Positions 37,001-47,087 of a stretch of 64,000 bases of DNA are shown here, in pieces. The notes under the pieces are model-generated. The model did no database searches and had not been told where the DNA came from. It saw nothing but the letters and a program-made list of their open reading frames with translations. The stretch's first letter is position 1. Each line of letters opens with the position of its first letter. The stretch is taken from assembly GCA_052426225.1 (NCBI GenBank), contig JBNJNM010000008.1:620001-684000 (forward strand), given 5' to 3'. Both the position numbers and the translations under genes were made by a program. This DNA is from Zancudomyces culisetae HAW-14-8 (Eukaryota > Fungi > Kickxellomycota).

Positions 37001-39222
37001 AACAGAATGAAGAACAGGCGAACCTGCCAGTCGAGATACTGAAGGAACAGTTGAATAATCCACAGCCAAATCTGAATTTTGTATGTCCACTTGATGCCAA
37101 TGAGGATGTGATAGAAATGTACAGTGTACTTGCAGTTGTAGAGTTTTCTAGTAATAGGAAACGGATGTCGGTAGTTTATAGGTGTCCAGATGGTAAAATT
37201 AGATTGTTTTGTAAAGGAGCGGATATGGTGATATTGCCAAGATTGAAGGGGTACAATGATAGACACACGGGGACAGAGGAGACAAAGTGGATATACAAGT
37301 GTGTTGATTCGAGTTTGAAGGCATTTTCATGTGAGGGGTTGCGAACATTGGTATATGCACATCGAGAAATAGAAGAAGAAGATTATGAATCGTGGGCAAA
37401 ACGGTTTTTAGAAGCATCTACATCATTGAAAAACAGACAACAGCAGATAGATGCAGTGGCAAATGAACTGGAACAGGAAATGGAATTGACAGGAGTTACA
37501 GCAGTAGAAGACAAGCTACAAGAGGGAGTGCCAGAAACAATCTACAACTTACGGTTAGCAGGAATTAGGATTTGGATGTTGACAGGGGACAAGGTAGAGA
37601 CAGCGATAAACATAGCAAAATCATGTCGGTTGATTGACGGAGACGAAACAATATGCAAAACACTTGTGTTGGAGGGAATCAAGGATGCCGAAACACTTTC
37701 TAGGAAACTTGATGAGGCAGAAAGCTTTGTGTCGGTGTTGAGACCATACAAAGAGCGTGTCAAGTACAAAATTTTCAGTCGCATCAGATGGCCCAAACTT
37801 TTTAAATCCAGTACTTTTTTTTATAGATCACTTAAACAGCGCTTAAACATGTTCGGCTCTAAAAAAGAGAAGAATGGTAAGAGTCGGAAAAGACTGAGTT
37901 CTGAGGTCAGGAACAGCCACAGCAACTATACATTGTCAACATCCAACAACTCATTGATTAACGACTCTGTAGCTGGGCTAGCAGTGATGTCGGACCAAAC
38001 ACAGTCTAGTCACAGTATTTTCCACAATAATGGAAAAGACTCATTTTTGAACAGTACTTTAGGTAACTCTAGTACAAATGCTATCAAGATGACAACTGAT
38101 ACTGTTCCACCTCATCAACACAAGTACCAAAACTTTGCCATGGTGGTTGATGGCGAGACGCTACTAACACTAGAGAAAGCCCCCGAATTATTGAAACGAT
38201 TTATTGAAACTGGTATTAACTCTGACACCGTTATATGTTCACGAGTATCACCATCTCAAAAAGCACTGATTGCCAGATATATGCGAATAAGATGTAATAC
38301 CATCCGATCCCACCCAGTCACGTTGGCTGTAGGCGATGGTGGAAATGATATTTCAATGATTCAGGAAGCACATGTGGGTGTTGGGATTGCGGGTGTGGAA
38401 GGACTTCAAGCAGCAAGGAGTGCTGATTTTTCGATTGCGCAGTTTAGATTTTTACGAAAACTGCTTTTGGTACACGGACTTTGGAACTATTCAAGAGTTG
38501 CTCGGTTTACAAGTGCTACTTTCTACAAATGCTACACGTTTTATATGTGCCAGTTTGTCTTTCAGTTCTTCAACTTTATTAGTGGTACGTCTGTTTTTGA
38601 ACCCACTGCGCTGTCTTTGTACAACACATTCTTCACTCTTTTTCCAGTAATTATTCTTGGTTGTTTGGATCAAGATTTACCCGCCAACGTCTTGTATAAT
38701 TCACCAGAATACTATGCAATGGTTGGACCTAAAAATAGCCTGCTTAGCTTGAAAACCTTTTTCAAGGATTTCTTGATTCTTGGGACAATACATTTTTTGG
38801 TGAGTACATTCAGCGTATTCTTTCCTCCACTCATTTCTGGAAGGTATGCGACCAGTGTCGATCTATATGCGCTGAGTACGATATTGTACACAATCTGTGT
38901 GATTTCCATCAATTTCAAAATCGCATATTTCGACACCAAACTGAGAACGATATATACCCACCTGTCGTATATACTGTCAGTCTTGCTGTGGATTGGTTTT
39001 TGTGTGGTCCTATCCACCATACCTATCCCAATTGTTTCTAAACAGTATACAGCAAAGAATTCTTACACAAAGCACTTTGTCCAGGGTCATTTCTGGGCTC
39101 AGATAATGATCACCTCAATTTTCGCTCTATTGATGGTTTACATACTATACAAATACATGGAGAATAGAAATCCAACTGAGCGCTTTAGACTGCAATTGTT
39201 TCAAAAGCATGTCAGTAAATAG
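34057..39222 (+). CDS. P4-ATPase phospholipid flippase B (Dnf3 subfamily); possible extra terminal exon to 39302
   Basis: 1721-aa ORF with DGET, NTLIPISLYVTLE, SDKTGTLT, KGAD, TGDK, GDGGND and QFRFLRKLLLVHG. Confidence 0.94.
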   Translation: MDTEKKMEKNKNRKSRELGEESEEELDEDIYLEDGQNLGQISKLRHYGAIRTKVTRISRAIETYHAKKSKTEVSSPVTSGRPMLAKHQGVEQDQSAETEHSEVYVRMAQPERKSEQAPEGARERMLNLLEELESSGDGKQKVIKEHQEINKQPALATDHEGVNPILESGEVMSRAVPLPGYFLLDDSDYWTGGYVFQLRGKNPKMSIRVPGSLTKRVHYEVSYDHPKNNISTARYNAFTFLPAQLVAQFSKVANIYFLFISILQQVPEWSTTGKATTLFPLMFFITLSILHEGYDDFRRHKMDRAENTQEAKVLKIKVLKSKEKQHKFIHVLQARAAKLSIAEGPRGVVKMVRAMRNLLCFSSVRSKIQERVENNRRKKRETEESDEEDEGEIEGRALTERKKAPPRRSGDRHVGFILEDEEMLRRRSTYRGSVHVPTSMDIESREIEPINRRSSLGVYEIDRREKRQGERGEMSRSSFSLPTDMMYKWKSKKWQNLQVGDLLLIEENEWIPADCVLLASDDSEGVCFIETSSLDGETTLKQKQALQITAKNIKNTDQLAAFPGITYTEPPDPDLYSFEGYLEVEGIKHALTSNQLLLRGSKLRNTKYALVQVIYSGEETKLRLNASKNIRTKASQLQRVTNKIIIVVFMVLIAACIVLTVTGTVTQRKYDDLVWYLYNYKVPNAAMFFGYVVMLNTLIPISLYVTLEGVKVAQAFLMQNDIQMYYEKTDTPMVARTSALNEDLGMVKYILSDKTGTLTENIMRFRAAMVAGLAFYHQDLLTVKESNVSEIKTVEESILKNYASGDQKKRRDTTATKDGGMDVGWGTATVSRASNQTDKEIFRVSAIGEEELNTSGKDAYPAYEADITQLPPTTFLRMLSENKNFFEAQPQYVTNGLRLSSNSDVQSSLFIRSMALCHTVQPDIDSESRSVVGYQSTSPDEKALVYSAAELGYILHERIGPEVKIRIVPVERVSKWKETVIKQNEEQANLPVEILKEQLNNPQPNLNFVCPLDANEDVIEMYSVLAVVEFSSNRKRMSVVYRCPDGKIRLFCKGADMVILPRLKGYNDRHTGTEETKWIYKCVDSSLKAFSCEGLRTLVYAHREIEEEDYESWAKRFLEASTSLKNRQQQIDAVANELEQEMELTGVTAVEDKLQEGVPETIYNLRLAGIRIWMLTGDKVETAINIAKSCRLIDGDETICKTLVLEGIKDAETLSRKLDEAESFVSVLRPYKERVKYKIFSRIRWPKLFKSSTFFYRSLKQRLNMFGSKKEKNGKSRKRLSSEVRNSHSNYTLSTSNNSLINDSVAGLAVMSDQTQSSHSIFHNNGKDSFLNSTLGNSSTNAIKMTTDTVPPHQHKYQNFAMVVDGETLLTLEKAPELLKRFIETGINSDTVICSRVSPSQKALIARYMRIRCNTIRSHPVTLAVGDGGNDISMIQEAHVGVGIAGVEGLQAARSADFSIAQFRFLRKLLLVHGLWNYSRVARFTSATFYKCYTFYMCQFVFQFFNFISGTSVFEPTALSLYNTFFTLFPVIILGCLDQDLPANVLYNSPEYYAMVGPKNSLLSLKTFFKDFLILGTIHFLVSTFSVFFPPLISGRYATSVDLYALSTILYTICVISINFKIAYFDTKLRTIYTHLSYILSVLLWIGFCVVLSTIPIPIVSKQYTAKNSYTKHFVQGHFWAQIMITSIFALLMVYILYKYMENRNPTERFRLQLFQKHVSK
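36768..37748 (+). repeat. Right arm of the 981-bp inverted repeat (inside flippase B)
   Basis: Reverse complement of 17162-18142 with 8 mismatches (7 synonymous, 1 Phe/Leu). Confidence 0.95.
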
Positions 39223-39394
39223 AGTTCTGATTTTGTGTACTCTAAAAAATTTTCAGTACTTTATCAATTATTACCCCCCCCCCCTCCCCCTCCCACTTTT
39301 AGCATTTACTTTTTAATATAAAAAACTTTTGGGTACATTCTCTAGAATCAAAAACGTTGTTGATCAAATAAATCCTAAACAGTTCAAAATGAGC

Positions 39395-39469
39395 CCCTCA
39401 TCCTAGTCCCTCATCCTAGTCCCTCATCCTAGTCCCTACCCTTACCCCTACCCTTACCCCTACCCTTAA
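39395..39469. repeat. Compound C-rich minisatellite (CCCTCATCCTAGT)x3 + (CCCTACCCTTAC)x3, telomere-like
   Basis: Seen directly; the last unit ends in CCCTTAA. Confidence 0.85.
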
Positions 39470-41582
39470 CTTTGAAAACCACATTGAAGCACATTGAAAG
39501 GCATGTCATCCCATGTTCCCATGCTACTGTTTTTGATCAGTAGCAGTGTTGATAGTAAGCCTATACAAATTTATCCGGAATAAACATGTTTCACACAAAA
39601 TAACTGGTTTTCTGTACATTTAAGCTATTTTAGAATACGTGTTTTAGCAAAATTTCATTCATAAACAAAATACCCCAGGCTTAGGATTGATAATCCTGTC
39701 ACGCTTTATTTACCCCTGACTTTGTACTGTTAAGTGTATTGAAAAGAGCAATGTTACGAATCTAAGTCTGTGCTTGTTAGATAGTAATGTGATATGAGAA
39801 AGGGGGAGGGAGGGGGAGTAAAACACAATGACTAACTCGCGTTTACCTTTGAATACTTCGTTTATAATATTAGCCAAAGTACATGTAGTGCATAGTAAAA
39901 TGGAACTGAAAATCGAAAAAAAGCAAAAACAAAAGCAATTACTTTGTGCAACAATAAACCGTGCACTCTTACTCGCCTGCAAACATAACTATGATTTAGT
40001 TAGATTGGTATTAGTTTCCGAATACTGCAAGGTTGTATATGCCCTTCAAGCATTGATTTATGTACAAGTGCATTCGTTTGTGATAAATGCAAAAGCGAAT
40101 GTTAGACCCACACATGTCCTTTTAGTTTTGTTGAAAAATAATCAAAAATAATGGAAGAAAGTTCATAAAGTGTGTGATAATAATGGGGGGGGTGTTGTTG
40201 AGTGCTTGAAGAGTCTATTTGTTAAGCAAGTGTGCTATATGAATTGAACGAATCTACGCAATTGTATTGGTTTCTAAAAAATAAAAAATAATACAAAAAA
40301 AACAAAAGCTGCTATGCAACCTTTATACGCATTGTTATCACATACTATTATTTTTTTAATACTTTCTTAGACATGAGTAAACTCATTTTTTAAAGTGAAC
40401 TGTGCCAGTAACATACAGTTATCTTTTGTAGCACAGAGGAAATGCCAAACAAGATGTGAATGAGACAAGAAAATAGTGCTGGGAGAGTTTGAATTGATTG
40501 TTTACATTAAAGCTAAAGACGCCTACACAATCCAATACTTATGACTAAAGTTATAGATACACAAACCCACTATTATTAGCGAAAAAACACAAGAATCCAG
40601 AGTGGAGTAGGGAGCCAATACGCTTGGCGTGTGATATCACCAAGAAACTCTTGAAAAGAAAGATATCGGAATAAAACTTGTTCTCAACATTTTTATGACT
40701 CTTGTTATTTTGAAAACCATTGGAAACTTCAAGCTTGTCTTGTGTAAAATTGTCTTTGCCCATTTTATTTTTTTTAAACAATTATAGATTGTATTAATAA
40801 TCCCACTAGTATTCGAAAATAATAACTGCGTTAATATTGCCATTACCATTACTTTACGGAACTAAGCCTCTATCCCATCTCCATTCCCGTTCTTTTTACA
40901 AAAGAGCCAAGTATATAGTAAATAGTAAAAAAAATACTTTTTATCAATAATATTGCGGAGTTATCGTAATATATATTATTGGAAAGCTATGTGCTAAATA
41001 TTCATCAACATTTCAATAAAAAATGCAAAAAAAACTAACGAAGATTTCCAATGCGTCGGAATGGGCATTTTGTGAATTACTTTCAAAATAATACTAATAC
41101 AAAAGATCTATTACTTCAAGACCAACGTATAAAGGTTTATGTTTTCTTGATGAAAAAATAGAAATCGATGAACTGATATTGCTAGTAACAAACTATAATG
41201 ACATTAATATATATTCGAGGCAGAACTATAATATTCTAGATATATATAAAGATACAGAAAAAGCACAGAAACCGTTTCCTCAACATTAATTTTTCTGATA
41301 AAATCGAAAATAGTGGTTGAAATCGATTCTTACCCCTCTCAAAGTCTACAAGTGATTAATAATTGTGCATATCAGTTTTATTACATTCTAAGAGGTAAAT
41401 TGATGCAGGGTATTGTCGACTACTGTATTTAAAGCTAGAATTTACAACAACGAACAGTTCGGAGTCGGTTTTTATTTTGAATTTTTTGTGAGACATTGAT
41501 AACCATAATATTAAATAAAATTATTAGGTCGTGTAAAATACGTACGGCTGCAGTGATAATAGTGATAATAGTGATTGAGAAA

Positions 41583-42677
41583 ATGCGACGAAAGCCCTAT
41601 ACCCTCTTTAAAAGTATCAGCAAAAAAACGAAAGGCGACGTTCGGAGAGAATGCACCCGAACCCTTGCTGCGGCAGTATATATGCTTGTGGTTATTTTTA
41701 TAATGACAATATTACAGGTTATTTCGGACTCAAGGTATGATATGGGAATACAGATGTATGGGGCAACAGATAAAAGTCTACGCGATCTTTTTTTTGAATA
41801 CATACCAACAATCGATTCGTTTTATCTTGTGGACTTGAGCCTCAACTCTTCAGCCTTGTTTGCATATTTGTGCAACTTGTATTTTGTTCCAGGATGGAGA
41901 GCCAAACTTATTTACACAAGACGAATAATGTGGATCACAGGAACATTGTATGGGTTAAGGGGCATATCAATTCTTATCACTACTGTTCCACCAACCCTAG
42001 GAAGCAAATGCGTTCGAGTTGATACGACCAATGCTGGGGTGCTCGACTACATCAAACACGCATACCTTGTGTTACGAGACAAACGCAATAATTGTACGGA
42101 CAATATATTTTCAGGACATACGGTGGTTGCAGTGACTTCATTTATGCTATGGTGGCTCTATTCTCCATACACTGGGTTTATTTTATACTCAATACTTCAT
42201 ACCTCCATCACCTTGTTTTTGATTGTTTCGTCCAGGTTACATTATTCTGTAGACGTGTATCTGGCTATTTTTATGACATTGGGAGCATACTATGCATATT
42301 TCTATGCTCTAGATCAAAAGCACAACTCTTTAATGTTTTCTCATTTATATTCTGAACGGCCAAGTGAGCCCAGAGATACATTGGTCAGGTTCGGTGCATC
42401 CGACGCCACTAATACCACCGCTATGGCAATTCCAGTAACAACAACAACAACCAGTACAGTAGCAGCAGGTTACATAAGAGTATCGATAACTGATGATGCG
42501 GAAAAAGGTGTCAATGCCGCTAACAGCTGCAATGATCTTTTATCCCGACACTTTGCTCTTAAGAATAACCACTTGTTTTTTATTCAAAGGCACTTTAGTC
42601 CAAAGATCTTCAGTGATGTTGTAGGCTGGGCAGACGGTGTGGACCTTCGTCTGAATGAATTTTCCTTGCCCAAGTAA
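41583..42677 (+). CDS. Sphingomyelin synthase-like / PAP2_C sphingolipid phosphotransferase no. 1
   Basis: About 6 TM segments with motifs LRDLFF, CTDNIFSGHT and SSRLHYSVDV (H-H-D triad). First ATG is at 41583; the 5' end is uncertain. Confidence 0.85.
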   Translation: MRRKPYTLFKSISKKTKGDVRRECTRTLAAAVYMLVVIFIMTILQVISDSRYDMGIQMYGATDKSLRDLFFEYIPTIDSFYLVDLSLNSSALFAYLCNLYFVPGWRAKLIYTRRIMWITGTLYGLRGISILITTVPPTLGSKCVRVDTTNAGVLDYIKHAYLVLRDKRNNCTDNIFSGHTVVAVTSFMLWWLYSPYTGFILYSILHTSITLFLIVSSRLHYSVDVYLAIFMTLGAYYAYFYALDQKHNSLMFSHLYSERPSEPRDTLVRFGASDATNTTAMAIPVTTTTTSTVAAGYIRVSITDDAEKGVNAANSCNDLLSRHFALKNNHLFFIQRHFSPKIFSDVVGWADGVDLRLNEFSLPK

Positions 42678-43419
42678 TTAAATCTATACACCTGATATCT
42701 CAGGTCGAAGTTAGCGTGTAAAAATATTGTAGCAACAAAATCAGCAACATAAAATAAAGTGTATAAAGGCTTCATTGGTAGCTATAAGAATAGTATTTTT
42801 TTTTGGAGGGATGGGTAGTTGCTAAATTAATTAGTTATTATAGTTTCAACATTTTTTTCCCCCACTAGATTATAAAAGACTCCTCCTTTCTCTTCCTTCC
42901 CTCATTTACATATAGTGACTTTTCCTTTTATCTTTGCATTAAACTGCTTTATAAAGTTAGTGAATGAAACTTCAATTTTCTTTTATCTAAATTGTGTGTA
43001 AATACTGAAAGTAATCTTTCATTGTATTATTTCGCTTATATTGTTAAATGCCTGATCTTAAGCGATAATATGTTAGAGAAGGTATTTACAGTACTGCTTG
43101 CAGTGTATATCATATTTGTTGCTAGGGGTAGGAGGGCAAGAGGTGTAAGTAAATACAAGCAAAAATTGAAAGACAAAATATATTGCATTTGTTGTGTTGT
43201 GTAATCCTCAGAATCATCAACTCGCTTTAAAAGTGCGAATCAAAACTACCTCAAAATCACTTGCAAAAAAATTTTTTTTAAAGGTCTAGATTAGTGATGG
43301 CTTTGGAAAAATTACTGATAAAACAATAATCAATAGTGCAAATCAGCTACATAGAAATAAACATAAAACAATAATAATTCAACAAATAATTTAGATAATC
43401 AAAAGGGGGAAAGCGAAAT

Positions 43420-44526
43420 ATGAATACAGGAATGCTGAGGATAGGAGGCGGGATAAGGGCGGGGAAAGGAATAGTATCGAAACTAGGCGCTGGGTTGCAA
43501 AGCAAGTCCCAACAATTCCGACTTGAAAGTACAATTATACAGTCACATAGCAACACCTCAAATCCGACTCAAGCACAAAATGAGACAAATATACACCAAA
43601 AAATAAAAAATCTAATACCCCCACAATCACAGCAACAAAAAGTAAAAAGACATCCAACAGGAGCAGACTTGATAGAAGGTGCAAACGAACAAGAGGGGCT
43701 CGAGGGATTGGGAATCGAAGAGATGATAAACCTACGTGATATGGTCGAAGCCGGTGTCCATTTAGGCCACAGCACAAAGATCTGGAATGCACTGAATATT
43801 CACACCATTTTTGGCGAGCGAAACGGAATTCATGTTATCAATCTCGAGCACACCATCGCAGCACTGAGGAGAGCAGCCAAGGTTGTAGAATCTATTGCAT
43901 ACAACGGCGGAATTATCTTGTTTGTGGGTACCAGGGCAAATATTCGTGATGTGGTGATTGATGCTGCATATTCTAGCGGGCAGTACTATGTGGTTGACCG
44001 GTGGATTCCAGGAACACTGACCAACAGCAGACTGATGACAGGCCAACAGCTTATGGGCAGTGAAAGTTATGTAAAATTGGTACCAGATTACCAACCACCA
44101 AAGACTATCAAAAAAAATACTGATGACGGTGAGGTTAACACTAACGATGGCGGTAGCAGTAGTGCTGAACTTGGAGAGGAAAAGAAAAAACAAGTAGGAG
44201 ACAAGGGCGGTAATAGTAGATACATGAAAAACACTACTGGGCAGCGGAGAGGTGATACAGAAGATGAAGACTACCATGTTATGCCAGATCTAATTGTTTC
44301 TTTCAACCCAACAGATGTTACAAACACCCTATTGGCAGAGGCTCAGCGGTGTCTGATCCCAACTGTTGGTGTTGTGGATACGAATTTTGATCCACGAAAA
44401 GTGACTTATGGGATTCCAGGAAACGACGACAGCTCATCTTCTATTGGGTATATTGCTAAAGTGTTGAGTAAAGCAGCATACCTTGGAAAACAAAGAAGAA
44501 TTAACCAGGCTTATAAAGGACAATAA
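43420..44526 (+). CDS. MRP4: Mitochondrial ribosomal protein uS2m
   Basis: AGVHLGH..WN..IFGERNGIHVINLE, RWIPGTLTN, IPTVGVVDTN and IPGNDDS, with a basic N-terminal presequence. Confidence 0.93.
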   Translation: MNTGMLRIGGGIRAGKGIVSKLGAGLQSKSQQFRLESTIIQSHSNTSNPTQAQNETNIHQKIKNLIPPQSQQQKVKRHPTGADLIEGANEQEGLEGLGIEEMINLRDMVEAGVHLGHSTKIWNALNIHTIFGERNGIHVINLEHTIAALRRAAKVVESIAYNGGIILFVGTRANIRDVVIDAAYSSGQYYVVDRWIPGTLTNSRLMTGQQLMGSESYVKLVPDYQPPKTIKKNTDDGEVNTNDGGSSSAELGEEKKKQVGDKGGNSRYMKNTTGQRRGDTEDEDYHVMPDLIVSFNPTDVTNTLLAEAQRCLIPTVGVVDTNFDPRKVTYGIPGNDDSSSSIGYIAKVLSKAAYLGKQRRINQAYKGQ

Positions 44527-44593
44527 TATGTTATTTTGTTATTATTTATTTTATTATATTTAAAGAGCAAATAAGGAAATAAAAAAGCATAAA

Positions 44594-46652
44594 TTATAGT
44601 TCGTCCTTGTGTGGAGGCAGCTCAGTGTGTTGTGGCTGTTCCTGATATTCTTGTTCCTGGTTTTCTTGTTCCTGGTTTTCTTGTTCCTGGTTTTCTTGTT
44701 CTTGTTCTTGTTCTTGTTCTTGTGGTTGCTGTTCTTGTGGTTGAGAAGGTAGATAAGGACAAGCAATTGGAGACAACAAAATGGCATGATACGTACATTT
44801 TTCTGGTTCAGTAACCGACATTAGTTTGTTTTCAACACCACACTCAACACTCAGCGACAAAGAACGCTCTGGACCATTCCAGCAGTGAGTCCCACCTGTG
44901 TATTTCAAAACCATTTTACCGCTTTCAGGAACGGAAATATTTCCAAATTCACCCAAGTGCACCCGGCTTCCTGAAGTTGTTGATGATTGTGTTGCTGAAC
45001 CCAAAAAGCATATTTCATAATTATATTCGCCAATTGGTTCGTTGGTTGTCACACACTCTCCCTCTACTGCAATCAAAATGTTTTCTGGCCCCAATTCAGC
45101 CTTCAGTGTCTTTTTTAAGTTTTCAATATCGCTGCTGAGCCGTTTTACCTGATCATTGATAGTTGAATGCTCCTTTCGCACATCTTCAAGCTCCTTCAAT
45201 ACCTTGGCTACTGGATCCTCCTCATTTATATCTCCAGCTACGTTTTCGGCTCGCATCTCAAAATCAATTTGTCTCATTTCTTCGTCTGCTTTTTGACACT
45301 CTTCTTCAAGTTTTTTGTGCTCCTCTGTATGTTTTTGGCTATACTTCTTACTATCCCTGGCCCTATATTTTTCTATGAGACTTACATATTCACCTGTTCC
45401 TCCTTTGACAACCAGATCGTGATAATTACGGTTATACTCCGCCTCTAACTTTCCAAGAATTTCTGTCAATTTAACGAAATTTGCTTTTGTCCTTTCTGCG
45501 TCGTGTTGCGTGTTTCTTGCCTGTCTAAACACAGCCTCAAAGTCGTCATCCCCAGCTTCCTCTTCCTCTTGCCCCTGTTCATTGACACTACCATTACTTT
45601 CTTTCTTTGCTTCTTTACCCTCCTCCTCTTTCTCGTCCTTATCCTTGTCCTTCTCCTTCTCCTCTTTATTTTCTTGCTTTTGTTGGTTCTCATACTCCTC
45701 CAATTGCTTCTTGGAATCATAGTTGTACCGCAAAAACTCCTCAAACCCATCAACTGCCGCCTTTACAGCTTCGTCGTTAAATTCCTTGTTTCTGTTTTGC
45801 TCAATATCCCTCATAATTTTCATTAGCTCCATCACCCTCCCCTTTGCCTCTTTTAGCTCCTCATTACTATCTCTTCGTAGCTTGACGGCTGCTTTGATAT
45901 GCCTCTTTGAGAGCTCTAGCTTCCTTACTCGCCCCTTCTCTTTATTTTCTTCAATTATCTTGTTTTCTACCTTTTCTAACTCCTCCTTCTTCTTTTGATT
46001 TTCTTCAAATTTCTTTTCAGCCTCTTGCTTTTCAGCCTCCAATTTTTCTACTTCAATTCCTTTCTCAACAATTAACACCTTCGCTTTGTCGACAAGTTGT
46101 GCCTTGACTGCACCTCCAACTTTCTCTGTTTCTTGTTTCTGCAACTCCTTCTCCACGTCCCGCTTAGCAAGCTCTAGACACCTATTCTCACATCGCACGA
46201 GCCCACTCCACTCATCGCTACCATCACAACACTCTTCTTCGCAGACTCCGTCGTTAACCTGGCGGGCATCTATAAGAGCTGGCTTATATCCCTCATTTCG
46301 GCAATAAAATTTACCATTATTACACGCGGACGTTCCAGGCTCATCTGAGCCGTCTTCACAATCGCAATAATCGTCGTTCACCCACGCTATTGGTATTTTT
46401 TTCTTACCATCAAAGCAGGCGAATTTACCGTCTTTATCTGCCACATACCTTTCAGCATCTAGTGTTTAAAAACATTTATCAGAAAAATCGTTATGTTCCT
46501 ATTCATTGGAATAAAACAACTAAAAACACAAATAAAACATTACCTTTTGGATTTGCTCCGCGGATTTGTTTTATTTCTCCCTCTACTTTTCCTGTGATAC
46601 TGCCTACTGCAAATACCAATACAAGCGACAAACATGATATTTTGAATCTCAT
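44594..46652 (-). CDS. GTB1: Glucosidase II beta subunit (PRKCSH), 2 exons
   Basis: Signal-peptide exon from ATG 46652 (MRFKISCLSLVLVFAVG..), VNDDYCDCEDGSDEPGTSAC, MRH domain CWNGPERS..EPEKCTY, and C-terminal KDEL. Confidence 0.93.
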
Positions 46653-47087
46653 CGTAACTACTCTTCCTTTTGGATTTATTATTAAGCCAAGTGAAAAGTA
46701 TGTTGTATAAAAAATATATATATAACCTCCTTGAATAGATGCTTACTTTGAGGCTTGAAAAAAAAATACATATATTTAAAGATGTTTAGTGTTTTGCGTT
46801 ACCCCCCAAATCCCATTTTTACTATTCCCATCATCAAACTCCATTGGCAGGTATGGATCTTATTTTATGAGTTACAATTTCAGCCCTTGTTCTTCCATAT
46901 TTCGTTTTGCTATTGGCTCATATTTGAATAATAATAGCAATAGTAGCAGCAACAGCGACAGAAAAAAAAACATACAACTTTATATCCGCTTATACACTCC
47001 ACCGACCAAACCCACAGTTGTAGTCAAGGCAAAGCTTAAATTTGTTTAAAGATTTGAGGAGAAATAAGCAACTAGTAAAAATCCATA

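Noticed and set aside
39395-39469. Tandem repeats here and at 56365 as CRISPR arrays
   Set aside because: There are no unique spacers or cas genes, and the context is eukaryotic.
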